Part shown: piece by piece, positions 40,582-41,990 of the stretch
How the letters are laid out: each line of letters starts with the position of its first letter
Position numbering within the stretch: position 1 is the stretch's first letter
Virus record (IMG/VR): IMGVR_UViG_3300033144_005310
Location: 1-41,990 of that record
From: a virus
Length of the DNA: 41,990 nt
Direction: 5' to 3' (one strand)
Position numbers and translations under genes: made by a program
Notes under the pieces: model-generated
Database searches by the model: none
Told to the model about the DNA's origin: nothing
What the model saw: the letters and a program-made list of their open reading frames with translations, nothing else

Positions 40582-41532
40582 TTATCTTATCATACCTAAT
40601 ATTGAAATAGGTTTTTCTGATTTTACTTCTGGTTGTTCTGGGGTTACTGATTTAAAAACATCAGTTTCTTTTAATGATTTTAATTCTTTTTCTTGAACTT
40701 CCATTTTATCTGCCATTGCTTTTAACTCTGCTGTTAATTTTTCAATAGCTTTTTCATCTACTTTTGCTTCAGCTGGTGCTTCTGCAACTTCTTCTTTTAC
40801 TTCTTCTTTAGTTTCTTCTTTTGATTCTTCTTTCACTTCTTCAGTAGCTTCTGCTGGTTTTTCTTCAACAGGTGCTTCTGATGGTTTTTCAATTTGTTCA
40901 TCTTTTGTTTCCATTGTTTCCTCCTTTGCTAATTTATTATTAATACACTCTTGTCTCATTTCAGTATCTCCAAAATCTTCTATTGCTTTAAGCATAACTG
41001 CTTTCATTCCAAAATCTGTCATTACTGCACTTTGATTTACTGGATTTCCTGTTAAGGCAACATTTAATAATGTTAAATCCTCTATAAGTCTAACTTGTGT
41101 ATCTCCTATTGTTTTCATTACTGTTTTAATTGGTTTAAATGCTATAGAAAATGCTTTAATAAATCCATCTTTAATACTCTCCCATAAATTACTAAATTTA
41201 GGACTTGCTTTATTTAATTGTGCTTTTACCCATAAACCTTTGTCGTCTATCTTTGCATCTACTATCTTTCCTGCTGGTAATATTGTTGAATCATCTCTCC
41301 AAGTTTCATGTTCGTAGTCTAACATTATTGTGCTTTCTGTTATTTGTTTCAACATGGATTTAAGTGCTGTTGGTGTTACCAAATCATTATATAAATCAAT
41401 TTCTGGAACTGAAATATATCCTGTAACATAATGTTTTTTACCTTCTAAAGTATCAACTGCCTTAAATGAAATTGTATCAGTTAGGAAAGAATAAGATTTC
41501 TCTTTAATTATTTCTTGTTTAGATTGTTCCAT
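40582..41532 (-). CDS. Prohead protease (HK97/S78-like) fused to an acidic scaffold-like C-terminus
   Basis: VTGYISVPEIDLYNDLV...MLDYEHE...DDKGLWV...AFSIAF pattern. C-terminal E/K/A-rich coiled coil. The SD-less ATG lies 22 nt after motif copy C. Confidence 0.75.
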   Translation of the reverse strand: MEQSKQEIIKEKSYSFLTDTISFKAVDTLEGKKHYVTGYISVPEIDLYNDLVTPTALKSMLKQITESTIMLDYEHETWRDDSTILPAGKIVDAKIDDKGLWVKAQLNKASPKFSNLWESIKDGFIKAFSIAFKPIKTVMKTIGDTQVRLIEDLTLLNVALTGNPVNQSAVMTDFGMKAVMLKAIEDFGDTEMRQECINNKLAKEETMETKDEQIEKPSEAPVEEKPAEATEEVKEESKEETKEEVKEEVAEAPAEAKVDEKAIEKLTAELKAMADKMEVQEKELKSLKETDVFKSVTPEQPEVKSEKPISILGMIR

Positions 41533-41554
41533 TTTACTTTTTTAGTTGTTTTTG

Positions 41555-41570
41555 TTTATAAAACCAACGA
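41555..41570 (-). promoter_or_regulatory. Conserved 16-nt motif, copy C (putative promoter of the protease-capsid unit)
   Basis: Identical to copies A and B. Starts 1 nt after stop 41572. There are 22 nt from the TTTTATAAA box to ATG 41532. Confidence 0.6.
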
Positions 41571-41571
41571 T

Positions 41572-41880
41572 TTATTCTATAATAGAACAACCTTGATTAT
41601 CACAACTATATTTTACTCCAATATTCTTTTCTGTTATTATTTGTTCTTGCTCAAAGTCATTTTCAATTTCCATCCAACCACTTCTACACAATTTATTTCC
41701 AATTTCTGCATTCCAACATTTTCCACTATCTAATCCATAATATGCTGTTAATTTATCACATTGCATAACTATATTTCTATCTTCACAAAAATAAGTATCA
41801 TCACTTAAAATATTTACTCCACCTAAAAATAGGATAGAAGTTAAAAATACACTTAATATGCTTGTTTTAATTTTATCCAT
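41572..41880 (-). CDS. Small exported Cys-rich protein
   Basis: 102 aa. Signal peptide ILSVFLTSILFLGGVNI. YFCEDRN and CRSGWMEIE motifs are shared with the 831-aa LTD protein. Confidence 0.7.
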   Translation of the reverse strand: MDKIKTSILSVFLTSILFLGGVNILSDDTYFCEDRNIVMQCDKLTAYYGLDSGKCWNAEIGNKLCRSGWMEIENDFEQEQIITEKNIGVKYSCDNQGCSIIE

Positions 41881-41990
41881 TTATTCCTCCACTAATTATA
41901 TTTATCTCACAAGTTCTTAACCACCAAACTGCTTCTTCATGAACTGGTGCTGCATATGCGGCTTGTATAAGTAATAAACTTTTCCAAGTA
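41873..41990 (-). CDS. 3' end (with stop codon) of the wrap-around ORF 1..1448, seen in the duplicated terminus
   Basis: ...SGGING then TAA at 41873-41875. Same sequence as 1-114. Confidence 0.8.
   Translation of the reverse strand, partial: TWKSLLLIQAAYAAPVHEEAVWWLRTCEINIISGGING
41877..41990. repeat. Terminal direct repeat, copy 2
   Basis: Identical to 1-114. Confidence 0.95.

Noticed and set aside
246-41733. All plus-strand ORFs in the track, for example 246..512, 9834..10298, 11297..11638, 14906..15286, 28499..28966, 30520..30885 and 39858..40160.
   Set aside because: Each lies antisense to a longer, motif-bearing minus-strand gene. They have Leu/Phe/Ile/Ser-rich low-complexity composition typical of shadow frames in AT-rich DNA. 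They also lack SD sequences.

Overview
The window is a complete, circularly closed genome of a tailed dsDNA virus. Bases 1-114 are repeated exactly at 41877-41990, so the unique length is about 41,876 bp. The sequence is very AT-rich. The virus has an HK97-type head module and a siphovirus-like tail module.

All credible genes lie on the minus strand. I count about 95 ORFs, including about 30 micro-ORFs of 28-55 aa that I translated by hand and that are missing from the supplied track. The plus-strand ORFs are shadows of these genes.

Gene order on the minus strand:
- 23814->12624: early/regulatory block of tiny Zn-ribbon, RHH and wHTH proteins, a Cas4-like nuclease, an HNH endonuclease and a ParB-methyltransferase fusion.
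- 12434->6240: small and large terminase, four inserted small genes, portal, Mu F/SPP1 gp7-like protein.
- 6216->1, wrapping to 41572: six-gene module of signal-peptide-bearing, N-glycosylation-sequon-dense adhesin-like proteins (lamin-tail domain, beta-helix, Cys-rich motif).
- 41532->24031: prohead protease, major capsid protein, four tandem paralogues, neck, a second HNH, major tail protein, G/GT chaperone with an A_AAA_AAG -1 frameshift, tape measure, baseplate/fibres, cysteine-peptidase-like protein, holin-like protein.

I saw no rRNA, tRNA, CRISPR array, integrase or replication gene.

Most notable observations:
1. An early gene is split into three ORFs by two canonical -1 slippery heptamers.
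2. An identical 16-nt motif (TCGTTGGTTTTATAAA on the coding strand) occurs three times at module boundaries. Twice it sits exactly 22 nt upstream of start codons that lack a Shine-Dalgarno (SD) ribosome-binding sequence, which is archaeal BRE/TATA plus leaderless-mRNA geometry.
3. A four-copy upstream element precedes consecutive early micro-genes.
4. An exported, sequon-dense adhesin-like operon sits inside the head gene block.
5. Several operator-like repeats occur, and an SD-sequestering hairpin lies in the portal leader.

The host domain is unresolved: clues favour an archaeon but conflict. All functional calls rest on motif recognition and gene order by eye; no searches were run.
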